Shown: positions 10,428-21,898, counted from the whole stretch's first letter. The stretch is 63,852 nt of DNA, filler included, from 4 parts of 4 records of this genome joined end to end with filler, not necessarily neighbours in it, one strand, 5' to 3'. Notes: generated from the sequence alone by a model not told the origin. Numbers and translations: made by a program.

Positions 10428-10968
10428 ATCCCTGCTGCTGCTTGAAGACGACGCCCTGCTCGCCGAGCAGACCCGGCGCGCATTCGCCCGCCACGGCATC
10501 GAGGTGCACCATGCCGCCGATCTGCAACAGGCGCACGCGCTGCTGGCCAGGCTCGCCACCCTGGACGCGGCGGTGCTCGACCAGAATCTCGGCAACGACA
10601 ACGGCCTGGATCTGATCCAGCCGCTGCTGGCGCGCTTCCCGCACTGCCGGGTGCTGGTGCTGACCGGCTACGGCAGCATCCCGGCGGCGGTGGCCGCCAC
10701 CCGGCGCGGCGCCCACAATTACCTCACCAAACCGGCCAGCGCCGGCGAAATCCTCGACGCCCTGGGCCGCGACCCCGCCGACACCGGCGATCTCCCCGAA
10801 GTGCCGCCGTCCCTGCAGCGTCTGGAATGGGAGCACATCCAACGGGTTCTTGACGCCCACGACGGCAATATATCCAGAGCGGCGGAGGCCCTCGGCATCC
10901 ACCGCCGCACCCTGCAGCGCCGGTTGAAAAAGCGCCCCAGCCCGAGCCACTTCCAGCGCGATCGTTAA
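10417..10968 (+). CDS. RegA/PrrA/RoxR-like response regulator (REC + Fis-type HTH)
   Basis: EDD, D, LTGYGSI and YLTKP receiver residues; RLEWEHIQRVL..GNIS..A..LG.HRRTLQR signature. Confidence 0.92.
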   Translation: MTPESLLLLEDDALLAEQTRRAFARHGIEVHHAADLQQAHALLARLATLDAAVLDQNLGNDNGLDLIQPLLARFPHCRVLVLTGYGSIPAAVAATRRGAHNYLTKPASAGEILDALGRDPADTGDLPEVPPSLQRLEWEHIQRVLDAHDGNISRAAEALGIHRRTLQRRLKKRPSPSHFQRDR

Positions 10969-11052
10969 CACCGTTATTACGCGAAACACTTCCCCCGGTG
11001 CACCAGGTTGACCACAATGCGGTGTCTTATTCCAGGAATCACAAGGGCGCCG

Positions 11053-12822
11053 ATGAGCAGCCGTTACAGCCTCGCAACCCTGGCGGTCCTGGCCATCCTC
11101 ACGGCCTCGGCGATGCCTGGCCGGGTCAGCGCCGACCCGGCCCCGGAACTGACCCTGAAGACCGCCGGCGACCGGGAATGGCCGGAAGGCGTCGAGGCCA
11201 ACCTTCGCACCCTGATCGACCTGAGCCGTTACCCCTGCCGCCCCGGCCCCGGCCAGAAAGCCCTGATCCAGCGCCAGGTACGCGACAACAGCCGCGCCGC
11301 CCTGCAGGCACTGGGCTTTTACCAGCCGGTGTTAACGCCGCAATGGCGCGACGCCGATGATGAGCGCTGCTTCGCCCTCACCCTCACGGTCGACCCCGGC
11401 GAGCCCACCCGCATCAGCGCCCTGGACATCACCCTCAACGGCGACGCCGCCGGCGACCCGGCGTTCCAGCGCACCATCGACAACGCCGGCCTGGAACAGG
11501 GGCAGCGGCTGCGCCACGACCGCTACAGCCGCCTCAAGCAGTCGCTCCAGCAGTTATTGATCAACCGGGGTTACGCCGAGGGCAGCGTCACCCGCCACCG
11601 TCTGGAGGTGGACCGGGACCGCCGTGAAGCGCGGGTGGTGCTGCACGTGGACAGCGGCCCGCGCTATCGCTTCGGCGAGATCACCCTGACCGGCGACGAC
11701 CAGATCAACGAACGGCTGCGCCGCGCCTATCTGCAGTTCGACAGCGGCGAGCCGTTCAGCAACGACAAGCTGCTCGCCACCCAGCAGGCCTACCTGGGCG
11801 CCGGCTATTTCAGCGCGGTGCGGCTGGACCGCGGCGAGCCGGACGCGGACAGCCGGACCATCGATGTGAGCATCCACTTCAACCCGCGCAACGAATGGGC
11901 GCTGCTGGCCGGCGTCGGTGTCAGCACCGACACCGGCCCGCGCCTGCGGCTGGGCGTGGAGAACCGCCGCGTCAACGCCGCCGGCCACACCGCGCGGGTG
12001 GAAACCGAGCTCTCCAGCGTGCGTCAGGGCGTGGGCGCCGGCTACACCATCCCGCTGCGCGACCCGATCAACGAAAAAATCGAGCTGCGCACCCGCTATG
12101 TGAATGAAGAGACCGACACCAGCGACAGCGAGATTTTCAGTACCAGCGCCGACTACATCATCAAACTCGACTCCGACTGGGTGGCCACCACCTCGCTGGA
12201 ATACCTGCGCGAGACCTACACCGTGGCCGACCAGCTCGACCAGGTGGAGCTGGTGATCCCCGGCTTCCAGCTCAGCCGGGTGGAATACGACGACCCGATC
12301 TATCCGCGCTTCGGCTGGCGGCTGGGCGGCAAGGTCAGCGGCGCCCACAAGGCGCTGGCCTCGTCGGCGTCGTTCACCCAGTTCGACGGCTGGAGCAAGC
12401 TGATCTTTCCGCTGTTCGGCGGCCGGGTCATCACCCGCGGCGAAGTGGGCTACACCGAGGTTTCCGACGTCACCGAACTGCCCGCCTCGATCCGCTTCTT
12501 CGCCGGCGGCGACGCCAGCGTGCGCGGCTTCGCCTACGAATCCCTGGGCCCGGTGGACAACGACGGCGAAGTGATCGGCGGCCGCCACCTGCTGGTCGGC
12601 AGCCTGGAGTACGACCACCCGATCAGCGAACAGTGGAGCCTGGCGGTGTTCACCGACGCCGGTAACGCCTTCAACAATTTCGACGACTACGAAATCCGCC
12701 GCAGCGCCGGCTTCGGGGTGCGCTGGCGCTCGCCGCTGGGCCCGATCCGCGTGGACTTCGCGCGCGGCATCGAAGAAGGCCGGCAATGGCGGCTGCACCT
12801 GAGCATGGGGCCGGACCTGTGA
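11053..12822 (+). CDS. tamA: Autotransporter assembly outer-membrane protein TamA (Omp85)
   Basis: POTRA-like DSGPRYRFG, RFFAGGDASVRGF, GVRWRSPLGPIRVDFA, C-terminal HLSMGPDL; start uncertain (11008 or 11053). Confidence 0.92.
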   Translation: MSSRYSLATLAVLAILTASAMPGRVSADPAPELTLKTAGDREWPEGVEANLRTLIDLSRYPCRPGPGQKALIQRQVRDNSRAALQALGFYQPVLTPQWRDADDERCFALTLTVDPGEPTRISALDITLNGDAAGDPAFQRTIDNAGLEQGQRLRHDRYSRLKQSLQQLLINRGYAEGSVTRHRLEVDRDRREARVVLHVDSGPRYRFGEITLTGDDQINERLRRAYLQFDSGEPFSNDKLLATQQAYLGAGYFSAVRLDRGEPDADSRTIDVSIHFNPRNEWALLAGVGVSTDTGPRLRLGVENRRVNAAGHTARVETELSSVRQGVGAGYTIPLRDPINEKIELRTRYVNEETDTSDSEIFSTSADYIIKLDSDWVATTSLEYLRETYTVADQLDQVELVIPGFQLSRVEYDDPIYPRFGWRLGGKVSGAHKALASSASFTQFDGWSKLIFPLFGGRVITRGEVGYTEVSDVTELPASIRFFAGGDASVRGFAYESLGPVDNDGEVIGGRHLLVGSLEYDHPISEQWSLAVFTDAGNAFNNFDDYEIRRSAGFGVRWRSPLGPIRVDFARGIEEGRQWRLHLSMGPDL

Positions 12823-15800
12823 AGCGCGCCCTGCTGATCGGCCTGCTGCTGATCCCGTTGCTGCTGATCGGCGCCCTGCTGGCGCTGCTCGGCACCCGGG
12901 CCGGCAATCTCTGGCTGCTGGACCGGGCCGGACCCTATCTGCCCGGCGAACTGAGCGTGGAGGAGTGGCGCGGCAACCTGCTCTCCGGTGTCGACGTGGG
13001 CGCACTCAACTACCGTCAGGGCGACGCCGAGCAAACCCTGGCCGTGGCGTTGAACGACCTGCACCTGGAACTGGCCCCCGGCGAGCTGCTCGGCGGCTGG
13101 CTGGTGATCCAGGCTGTGCGCGCCGAACAGGTGACCCTGACGCTGCCGGCGGGGGTGCCGGAGGAACCGGACGCGCCGCCCTTCGAGCTGCCGGACAACC
13201 TGACACTGCCCCTGGGCGTGCGCATCGAAACCCTGTCGGTGGGCCGCTTCACCCTGGCCGGCGAAGCACCGCTGCACATCGACCGCATCGAGGCCCGCGA
13301 GCTGGCCGCCTGGCGCAAGCTCAACCTGCCCCGCGTCGCCCTGAGCGTGGCCGACACCCGCCTGCACGCCAATCTCAGCGGCCCGTTAAGCGCCCCCTAT
13401 GATCTGCGCGGCGAGCTGGACTGGCGGCGCCCGGCGGCGCCGGACGCGGTGCCGCAAACCGCCGGTCGGCTGCGGATCGAGGGCACACCGGAAAACCTCC
13501 GGGTGGAACACACACTCTCGGCGCCGGCGCAACTGATCACCGAGGGCGAGCTGGGCTACCGGGACGGTCAGGTGCACCTGGACCTGCGCCATCATTGGCC
13601 GGCGCAACCCCTGCCGGTGGAGACCCCGGTGCCGGCGCGCCTGGGCGAAGGCGAGCTCACCACCAAGGGCACCCTGGACCGCGTCCGTCTGCAGGGGCAA
13701 ACCACCCTCACCGCTGACGGCCGGCCGCTGGCCGTGACCCTGCTCGGCGACGCCGGCCTCGACGGCCTGACCCTGGACACCCTGAGCCTGAAGAACGACG
13801 GCCAGAGCCTGACACTGAGCGGCCGCCTGGATTACCAGGACGGCCTGACCTGGGACCTGGACGCCCAAGGGCAACACCTGAACCCGGCGACCCTGGCGCC
13901 GGCCTGGCCCGGCGATCTGACCCTGAAGGCGCGCACCCGGGGCCATTGGCGTGGCGCCGACGACTGGGCCCTGAACGCCGACCCGCTGTCGCTCACCGGC
14001 ACCCTGCAGGGCGACCCGGTGGCCCTGAACGGCCAGGCCCGCCAGGACACCGGCGGCGATCTGGCGGTCACCCTGGACGGCCGCTGGGGCGCGGACCGCC
14101 TCAGCGCCCGCGGGCAAGTGGGCGACACCCTGAATCTGGACGGCACCCTCGACATCGAACAGCTGGCGCGCTGGTACGGCCCGGCGCGGGGCCGCCTGCG
14201 GGCGGACTGGCGCCTGCGCGGCCCGCTCGACGCGCCCCGGCTGAGCGGCACCGCCAACGGTGACGCCCTGGGCTACCAGGACTGGCGGCTGGACACCCTG
14301 AGCGCCCGCTTCCAGGACCTCAACGCCGGCGACACGCCCATGAGCCTGGCGCTGGAGGGGCGGGCGCTGAGCCAGAACGGCGAGACCCGGGTCGAGCGCC
14401 TGGACGCCGATGTGGAAGGCCGGCGCGGCGACCACCGCCTGAACGTGGCGATGGAGAACGACGGCGCCGCCACCGCGCTCACCGCCCAGGCCGGCCTCAA
14501 CGGTGACCTGGTCTGGTCCGGGCGCCTGCTCGACTGGCGACTGCAGGAGCGACAACTGGGCGTCTGGACCCTGGCGGAGCCGGTGCCCTTTACCCTGGGC
14601 GCCGACCGCCAATCCCTGGACAACCTCTGCCTGCAGAGCCGCGACGACCCGGGCCGCTTATGCCTGGCGGGCGACCACGCCGCCAATGGCAGCATCGACG
14701 CTAATCTGGAAGTCCGCGACCTGCCCCTGGCGCTGGCCAACCCCTGGCTCGGCGACGGCGTCAAACTGGACGGCCGCCTGCGCGCCGACGCCACCTTCGG
14801 CGGCCGCGTCGACCGGCCCCGGGGCCAGTGGTCGCTGAGCCTGGAAGACGCCTCCACCCGCTTCGTCGGCGCCGAGCCGCCGCTGACCCTGGTGTTCCAG
14901 CAAGCGGCGCTCACCGGCAACCTGGACAACGACCGTCTCGATCAGCAGCTGGATCTGGTGGTGGCCGACCAGGGCGAAGTGCACGCCCGGGTGGAAAGCG
15001 GCCTGAGCCTGGACGCGCCGATGAGCGGCCGGCTGCGCCTGGACATCCCCCGCCTGGACGACCTGGCGCCGTTGCTGCCCCGGGTCGGTGAGCTGCAGGG
15101 CCGGGTGCAAGGCGATCTGAACCTGGGCGGTACCCCCGCCGGCCCCAGGCTGGACGGGGAGATCGCACTGCTCGACGGCCGCGCCACGGTGCCCGACCTG
15201 GGCATCAGCGCGGAAAGCGTTCGCCTGGCGGTGACCGGCGACGCCTCCGGCACCCTCAATCTGGACGGCAGCGCCCGGCTGGGCGACGGCACCCTGGAAC
15301 TGGGCGGCACCTGGACCCCCACCCGCTCACCGCTGGCGATGGACCTGTGGGCGCGCGGCGAGCGCCTGCGGGTCGCCGACCGCGCCGACGCCAAGGTCTA
15401 CGTTTCGCCGGATCTCGCCCTCAAAGGCGACGGTGACGGCCTGAATCTGAGCGGCACCCTGAACGTGCCGGAGGCCGACCTGAAACCCCGCGAACTGCCC
15501 GAGAGCGCGGTCACCGTCAGCGAGGACCAGGTGCTGGTGGACGCCCGCGCCGAGGAGACCACGCCGCTGCCGTTCGCCATGGGCGTCACCGTCACCCTGG
15601 GCGACCAGGTGCGCTTCGAAGGGTTCGGGCTGCGCGCCACCCTCACCGGCGAGCTGCGTGTCAGCCAGCAGCCCGGCCAGCCGGCCCAGCTCAACGGCGA
15701 GCTGATCATCACCGAGGGCCGCTACCGCGCCTACGGCCAGAACCTGCTGATCGAAAACGGCCGCTTGCTGTTCCAGGGCCAGCCCGACAACCCGGGGCTG

Positions 15801-16283
15801 GATATCCGCGCGGTGCGCAAGATACCCAGCGAAAACCTGGTGGTGGGGGTGCAGCTGTCCGGCACCCTGCAGGAACCGGACGCGCGCGTCTTCTCCGACC
15901 CCAGCCTGGAAGAAAGCGAGGCCATGTCCTATCTGGTTACCGGCCGCTCCTTGAGCCGGGGCTCGCAAAGCGATTCCGCCCAGGTGGCCCAGGCGCTGGC
16001 GCTCTACGGTCTGCAAAAAGGCAGCGGCGTCACCGACAAGATCGGCGACACCCTGGGGCTGGACGAAATCTCCATCGGCAGCGACTGGGAAACCTCCGAC
16101 GCCGCCCTGATGCTCGGCAAACAGATCTCCGACCGCCTCTACCTGACCTACGCGGTGGGCCTGTTCGACGCCATCTCCACCGTCATGCTGCGCTACACCC
16201 TGACCCGCCAGCTGCACCTGGAAGCGCAATCCAGCAGCAAATCCCAAGCCATCGACCTGATCTGGGAAAAAGAACTGGAATGA
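12819..16283 (+). CDS. tamB: Translocation and assembly module TamB
   Basis: GTG start overlaps the tamA stop; N-terminal anchor; C-terminal DUF490-like GRYRAYGQ, PGLDIRA, SYLVTGR. Confidence 0.9.
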   Translation: MKRALLIGLLLIPLLLIGALLALLGTRAGNLWLLDRAGPYLPGELSVEEWRGNLLSGVDVGALNYRQGDAEQTLAVALNDLHLELAPGELLGGWLVIQAVRAEQVTLTLPAGVPEEPDAPPFELPDNLTLPLGVRIETLSVGRFTLAGEAPLHIDRIEARELAAWRKLNLPRVALSVADTRLHANLSGPLSAPYDLRGELDWRRPAAPDAVPQTAGRLRIEGTPENLRVEHTLSAPAQLITEGELGYRDGQVHLDLRHHWPAQPLPVETPVPARLGEGELTTKGTLDRVRLQGQTTLTADGRPLAVTLLGDAGLDGLTLDTLSLKNDGQSLTLSGRLDYQDGLTWDLDAQGQHLNPATLAPAWPGDLTLKARTRGHWRGADDWALNADPLSLTGTLQGDPVALNGQARQDTGGDLAVTLDGRWGADRLSARGQVGDTLNLDGTLDIEQLARWYGPARGRLRADWRLRGPLDAPRLSGTANGDALGYQDWRLDTLSARFQDLNAGDTPMSLALEGRALSQNGETRVERLDADVEGRRGDHRLNVAMENDGAATALTAQAGLNGDLVWSGRLLDWRLQERQLGVWTLAEPVPFTLGADRQSLDNLCLQSRDDPGRLCLAGDHAANGSIDANLEVRDLPLALANPWLGDGVKLDGRLRADATFGGRVDRPRGQWSLSLEDASTRFVGAEPPLTLVFQQAALTGNLDNDRLDQQLDLVVADQGEVHARVESGLSLDAPMSGRLRLDIPRLDDLAPLLPRVGELQGRVQGDLNLGGTPAGPRLDGEIALLDGRATVPDLGISAESVRLAVTGDASGTLNLDGSARLGDGTLELGGTWTPTRSPLAMDLWARGERLRVADRADAKVYVSPDLALKGDGDGLNLSGTLNVPEADLKPRELPESAVTVSEDQVLVDARAEETTPLPFAMGVTVTLGDQVRFEGFGLRATLTGELRVSQQPGQPAQLNGELIITEGRYRAYGQNLLIENGRLLFQGQPDNPGLDIRAVRKIPSENLVVGVQLSGTLQEPDARVFSDPSLEESEAMSYLVTGRSLSRGSQSDSAQVAQALALYGLQKGSGVTDKIGDTLGLDEISIGSDWETSDAALMLGKQISDRLYLTYAVGLFDAISTVMLRYTLTRQLHLEAQSSSKSQAIDLIWEKELE

Positions 16284-16284
16284 G

Positions 16285-16460
16285 CAGTTAATAGTGAATA
16301 GTTAACAGTTAATAGTTCGCGGGTTGGGGTGGGTGGGTCGTGTGGCGCCGAGGCCGCGCTCAAAGCCTAGTCGCGGCTTCCTGGCTTGAAGCTGCGCGAG
16401 CCTCCGCTCGCGCAGCTGTTCACTGTTCACTGTTCACTGTTAACTCTTAACTGTTAACTG
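16285..16460. repeat. Two inverted arrays of 7-nt tandem repeats enclosing a GC-rich hairpin
   Basis: CAGTTAA-TAGTGAA-TAGTTAA-CAGTTAA-TAGTT at 16285-16317; CTGTTCA x3, CTGTTAA, CTCTTAA, CTGTTAA at 16416-16457; hairpin AGCTGCGCGAGC-CTCC-GCTCGCGCAGCT at 16390-16417. Confidence 0.85.
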
Positions 16461-16864
16461 CGCGGGATCGCGTACGTGCCGGTGACGTGCGCGACCATCA
16501 CGTCGTTGCCGTCGCTGTAGAGGCGCACTTCGAGCATGGCGGAGCGGCGGCCCAGGCGGAGGATTTCGGCGTCGCCGATCAGGTCGGCCTGGCCGGGCTT
16601 GCTGAGGAAGTTGATGTTGAGGTTCTGGGTCACGGCCATTTCCTGGCCGTCCAGGTTGGCGAGAATGGCGGCGTACATGGCGGCGTCCGCCAGGCTCATC
16701 AGGGTGGGGCCGGACACGGTGCCGCCGGGGCGGATCATCGACTCCGTGAACCGGTAGCGCACCCGCGCCCGGTTCTCGCCCACGGACTCCACCACCACGC
16801 CCTGCTCCGCCGCCGCCGGCAGGCCGCCGCGGATCAGCGCTTCCACTTGTTTTGCTGTCAGCAT
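16454..16864 (-). CDS. PaaI family thioesterase
   Basis: RPGGTVSGPTLMSLAD, AVTQNLNINFL, VAHVTGTYAIP; GGGGAG RBS before ATG 16864. Confidence 0.88.
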   Translation of the reverse strand: MLTAKQVEALIRGGLPAAAEQGVVVESVGENRARVRYRFTESMIRPGGTVSGPTLMSLADAAMYAAILANLDGQEMAVTQNLNINFLSKPGQADLIGDAEILRLGRRSAMLEVRLYSDGNDVMVAHVTGTYAIPRS

Positions 16865-17021
16865 GCATCTCTCCCCAAACGAAAGCGGAACATAAAGCGG
16901 CACGGCGCGGGCTGCAAGCCACCGGATCATGACGCCGCCGCGCCCGGTAGCCCGTCCGCCCCAGTTTGACTAGAATGCCCGATTCGGCTTCCCTCCACTG
17001 ACACGGAATAAGAAACGCCTC

Positions 17022-18734
17022 ATGCGCACCTCCCAGTACCTGCTCGGCACCGTTAAACAAACCCCCGCGGACGCGGTGGTGGTCAGCCATCAGCTCATGC
17101 TGCGCGCCGGCATGGTCCGCAAGCTGGCCTCCGGCCTGTACACCTGGCTGCCATCCGGTCTGCGCGTGCTGCGCAAGGTGGAGCGTATTATCCGCGAGGA
17201 AATGGACCGCGCCGGCGCCCAGGAAGTGCTGATGCCGGTGGTGCAGCCCATGGAGCTGTGGGAAGAGTCCGGCCGGGCGCCCGCCTACGGCCCCGAGCTG
17301 CTGCGCTTCACCGACCGCCACGACAACCCCTTCTGCCTGGGCCCCACCCACGAGGAAGTGATCACCGATCTGGTGCGCAACGAGATCCACAGCTACAAGC
17401 AGCTGCCGGCCAATTTCTATCAGATCCAGACCAAGTTCCGTGATGAGATCCGGCCGCGCTTCGGCATCATGCGTGCCCGCGAATTCACCATGAAGGACGC
17501 CTACTCCTTCCACACCGACATGGACTCGCTGGCGCAAACCTATCAGGTGATGCACAACGCCTACTGCGCGATCTTCGACCGGCTGGGCCTGGATTACCGC
17601 CCGGTGGAAGCGGACACCGGCGCCATCGGCGGCGCCGCCAGCCATGAATTCCATGTGCTGGCCGAGTCCGGCGAGGACGACATCGCCTTCTCCGACCAGT
17701 CCGGTTACGCCGCCAACGTGGAGCTGGCCGAAGCCGTGGCGCCGGCCGGCGAGCGCGCCGCCCCCGGCGCGGACATGGCGCTCACCGACACCCCCGATGC
17801 GAAAACCATCGAGCAACTGGTGCAGCAGTTCGATCTGCCGGTCGAGAAGACCGTGAAAACCCTGGTGGTGAAAGGCAGCGAAGGCGGCCTGGTGGCGCTG
17901 CTGGTGCGCGGCGACCACGAGCTCAACGACATCAAGGCGGAGAAACTGGACGCCGTGGCCACGCCGATGGCGTTCGCCGAGGAAGAGGAAATCCGCGCCG
18001 CCATCGGCGCCGGCCCCGGCTCCCTCGGCCCGGTGAACCTGCCAATTCCCTGCGTGGTGGACCGCAGCGTGGCGCTGATGAGCGACTTCGCCGCCGGCGC
18101 CAACCAGGACGGCAAGCACTACTTCAACATCAACTGGGAGCGCGACGTGGCGCTGCCGGAAGTGGCCGACCTGCGCAACGTGGTGGAGGGCGACCCGAGC
18201 CCGGACGGCAACGGCACCCTGACCATCAAGCGCGGCATCGAGGTGGGCCACATCTTCCAGCTCGGCACCAAGTACTCCGAGGCGCTCAACGCCACCGTGC
18301 TGGATGACAACGGCCGCTCCGTGGTGATGCCCATGGGCTGCTACGGCATCGGCGTCAGCCGGGTGGTGGCCGCCGCCATCGAGCAGAACCACGACGACAA
18401 CGGCATCGTCTGGCCGGAGGCCATCGCCCCCTTCCAGGTGTCGCTGATTCCGCTCAACATCAAGAAGAGCCCGCGTGAAAAAGAGGTGGCGGAAAAACTC
18501 TACGCGGACCTTACCGCCGCCGGCATCGAGGTGCTGTTCGACGACCGCGAAAAAGAGCGCGTGGGCGTGAAGTTCAGCGACGCGGAACTGATCGGCATCC
18601 CGCACCGTGTGCTGGTGGCCGAGCGCGGCCTGGACAACGGCGTGCTGGAATACAAGAGCCGGCGCGGCGGTGAAGCCGAAGAGGTTCCCGCGGACTCCAT
18701 CGTCGACTTCCTCAAGAAGAAGCTGGGACTTTAG
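17022..18734 (+). CDS. proS: Proline--tRNA ligase
   Basis: [49 protein letters not shown]. Confidence 0.98.
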   Translation: MRTSQYLLGTVKQTPADAVVVSHQLMLRAGMVRKLASGLYTWLPSGLRVLRKVERIIREEMDRAGAQEVLMPVVQPMELWEESGRAPAYGPELLRFTDRHDNPFCLGPTHEEVITDLVRNEIHSYKQLPANFYQIQTKFRDEIRPRFGIMRAREFTMKDAYSFHTDMDSLAQTYQVMHNAYCAIFDRLGLDYRPVEADTGAIGGAASHEFHVLAESGEDDIAFSDQSGYAANVELAEAVAPAGERAAPGADMALTDTPDAKTIEQLVQQFDLPVEKTVKTLVVKGSEGGLVALLVRGDHELNDIKAEKLDAVATPMAFAEEEEIRAAIGAGPGSLGPVNLPIPCVVDRSVALMSDFAAGANQDGKHYFNINWERDVALPEVADLRNVVEGDPSPDGNGTLTIKRGIEVGHIFQLGTKYSEALNATVLDDNGRSVVMPMGCYGIGVSRVVAAAIEQNHDDNGIVWPEAIAPFQVSLIPLNIKKSPREKEVAEKLYADLTAAGIEVLFDDREKERVGVKFSDAELIGIPHRVLVAERGLDNGVLEYKSRRGGEAEEVPADSIVDFLKKKLGL

Positions 18735-18737
18735 CCC

Positions 18738-18763
18738 TGTGGGAGCGGGCCCCGCCCGCGAAA
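18738..18763 (+). repeat. REP-like palindrome at the contig end
   Basis: TGTGGGA-GCGGGC-CCC-GCCCGC-GAA resembles Pseudomonas-type GT(A/G)GGA REPs; the assembly breaks here. Confidence 0.6.
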
Positions 18764-18863
18764 NNNNNNNNNNNNNNNNNNNNNNNNNNNNNNNNNNNNN
18801 NNNNNNNTTAATTAATTAANNNNNNNNNNNNNNNNNNNNNNNNNNNNNNNNNNNNNNNNNNNN
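18764..18863. other. Artificial contig spacer
   Basis: N run containing TTAATTAATTAA (stops in all six frames). Confidence 0.98.
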
Positions 18864-18999
18864 TCGGCCTGAGCGGCGCACATTTCGCCACGTAGTTGTT
18901 GCAGTGCTCTGCGATATTCTGCCCGATCGGCGCTGACGTTAGGAATGCCTGCGCCTACCGGCTGACTGCTATTGGCGTGACATTATAATGAACGTTTAG

Positions 19000-21898
19000 G
19001 CGCGGTACGACAACAGTATGCTACTTTGCAACAATCCACCTCGAGGCGTCCAAGATGCTGTGCGACTTGCTGAAAATGGTATGGTTTGCTTCTGGCGCCG
19101 TGGCTTTGTTGTGCGGTCGCACGCTGGAGCCGCGCGGCAGCAGCCTATCCGCCCGCGTTTTGTCGGCACATGCGGCCCCGATCTCCTGATGGGTTTTCGC
19201 ATGTGTGCACAATCGGTGCATTTGTGTGCTGGTGGGATTGCGGAGTGGGGATTCTTTTGGTCCCGTAATTATTGTCCACGTGACCAGTCAGCGGCACTGT
19301 CCTCTCGTGCGACCGCGCGGCGAGCGTGCGTTCGCAGGCTGCGCTGATTGTACATACGCCGGCGCGTTGTGAATACGTGGCGCAGGTTGGGATGCGAGCG
19401 TTTGTAGGCAAGGTTAACATGGACCGAAATTCCAAGGACTACTATGTGGAAGATACTGCGGCTTCCCTGCGCGACACGCGCTCGTTTGTGGAGCATGTAC
19501 AGCAATCTTGCGGAACGGGGCGCGACGCGCTTGTCCAACCCATTATCACGCCGCGCTTCGTCCCCACTTGCACACCGGATCTCATGGCGGGACTCGGCGA
19601 AATTGCGCAGGTATGCGCTCGTACTGACCAAGGACGGTGCCCTACCTTTCTCTCCACGGAAGAATTTTTTTGCGAGACGTCTGGCGAGGTCGGTGTGCGG
19701 AGCGAAATGTAGGTTTTGCAGTGGTCGATGACGCTCGCGAGGCGATGGCAGCTCCGCGCTTGGTTGGAACCGAGCAACATTGTGCCCGGGAATGTATCTC
19801 TGCAATCTTCGCGAGTCACGTTGACCTCGATAGCATTCAGGTGCCGATGGTCGCCGTGGTACATCCACTAGTTCAACTAGCATATGGGTTGTTCTGGTGG
19901 TTAGTAGGTTGAGATAAATGTCGAGGTGCTGTGGCTCACGGGTGCGCGTGGCGCGCGGGAAACGCGCCTTATGCGGACTATGGCGACGCAGGAGCACGGT
20001 CTGCGCATCCAGTCGCACCTGAGCGAGAACGAGGGCGAATGCGCGTGGGTCAAAGAGCTGCATCCCGATGTGGACTCGTACTCGGAGGTAACGTACAGAT
20101 TACGAATGCACATTTTTGGTTCTTCAAGGAAGTGGACGTGTCGTGTCAGGAGCAAGTATAGCTGTGTGCGTGTGTTTTTGCTAGGACGTTTGCGGTGCTC
20201 GTGCTCGTCGTTTCTTTGCGTTCAGCGATGAAGAGCGTGTACGTGGCATTTCCAGAATGTGCTTTGAAGTCCGTCCCGATGAACCCTCGCGTGCATAAGC
20301 ACAAAGAATATTGATACTATCGTGCTTTCCATAGCAGATGGGCAAGTGTGAGACGCAGTTAGCCTATTGGATGTCATTTCATTGTTTTGGTTCGGCGGCA
20401 GGATATTGTAACTGGCAAATGCCGTTGTGGAACGCGACACGAGAAACTCTTCAGGTTTACGATCGCTTCGGGCTCTTCAACGATCGAACGATCATGGCGC
20501 ACGCAATTTACCTCAGCGATCGCGAGATTGACTTAGTGCATCAGCGCGGCGTTGCGATTGCCCACTGTCCGAACTCGAACTTTTCTCTGTCTTCCGGTAT
20601 GTCTCCTCTGCAGTGCGGTGCGCGTGCGTTGGACGTGACTGGGTGGGGGAAATATCGCTCACGTGAGAAGTAGCGGGTCCAAGAGACCGGTGAGCACTGC
20701 GCATAATATTATTCCGTGGACGGCTCCTTCTAGAGACGGTTACATTTGCGATGAAAAGCAGTCCAACTGGCACTTTTCTGACAGCCATTCATGTCCTTTT
20801 GATGTTTTGTAGGTGTACTTAACGCTCGTCGTCTCCTCGATGCCGGCGTCAAGCTTGGCCTCGGCAGCGACGTAGCTGGCGGGTACTCCCCTTCGATGTT
20901 GGACGCATTGCGATTTGCAATAACTGCTTCAAAATGCATCCATTTCAACGACGTGCGTTACAATTATGGTCTGCGGGTATATTGGGTTTTGGTATGGGGC
21001 AACCGCGGTTCTTCAACAGCCTACGTCGGTAAGATGCCTCAGCGTCACCCCGTTTCTTTCGAACGTGTGCCATGTGCTGGCATTGCGTATGCATGCGCAT
21101 AAAAATAGTGCGTGACATGCGCATCTACTCGTATCCTCTTTGGATCTCGTTGGGGTGACTGCATTGCCATTTTAACTGCTTTACTAGTGGCCCTTCTCAA
21201 AAAGAGGTTGCAGTGCGGGGTGTTTGTACAATGTGCCAGCGTTGTCTCGGACGCCTTGCTGGTTGGCGTGCGAGAGGCTAGGGTTTCTCTTCCCCCCCTC
21301 CATGGCACCAACACGGACGAGCACGCGCCGCAGCAACTCATATAGATATGGGGTGCAATGCTGTGTGCAATGTATTCGTGTTTGCCTATGCAGAGAGACA
21401 GCAAGCCGCTTTCGTACGCAGAGGCGCTGTACCTTGCGACTTTAGGTGGTGCAGAGGCGCTGGGCATTGCGGATCTCGTAGGTAGCTTTGAGCCCGGAAA
21501 GCGCTTCGATGCGCTTGTTGTAGACCCGGACGCGGTACGTTCAGTGATGCATATCCAGCATTTTTATCTGTCCAGTTTGTGCACATGAAGTATCTTCGTG
21601 ATGAACAATTATATTCCAAGACGGGAAAGGAGCGCTCTGGTGTGCACAAAAATTATATTATTATTATTTTGGAATCTGTGGCGCGGTTCGGGGTGGAGGC
21701 GCTGCGAAGAGCGACCGCGCTCACTACGGTCACGCCCGCTGCCCACCATGCGCTTCCCCACAGGAGGGCGGCCCGTTCGATACATTTTCGTCCGATAAGG
21801 AGAGCGATGTGTTACAAAAGTTTTTATTTCTTGGCGATGATCGAAATATCACACAGATCTGGATCAATGGCACAGATGTCACTGCGCACACCAGGTAG
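19000..21898 (+). CDS. GDA: Eukaryotic guanine deaminase, spliced, 5'-incomplete; exons 19000-19078, 19386-19610, 19992-20087, 20455-20596, 20813-20952, 21394-21534, 21764-21898
   Basis: GT-AG junctions join in phase: GTTTVCYFATIH / GMRAFVGKVNMD..PIITPRFVPTC / IQSHLSEN / IMAHAIYL..AHCPNSN / LGLGSDVAGG / YLATLGGA..GSFEPGKRFDA / FLGDDRNI. Confidence 0.92.

Noticed and set aside
16285-16460. Possible CRISPR array
   Set aside because: The units are 7-nt tandem repeats without spacers, and there are no cas genes in the window.
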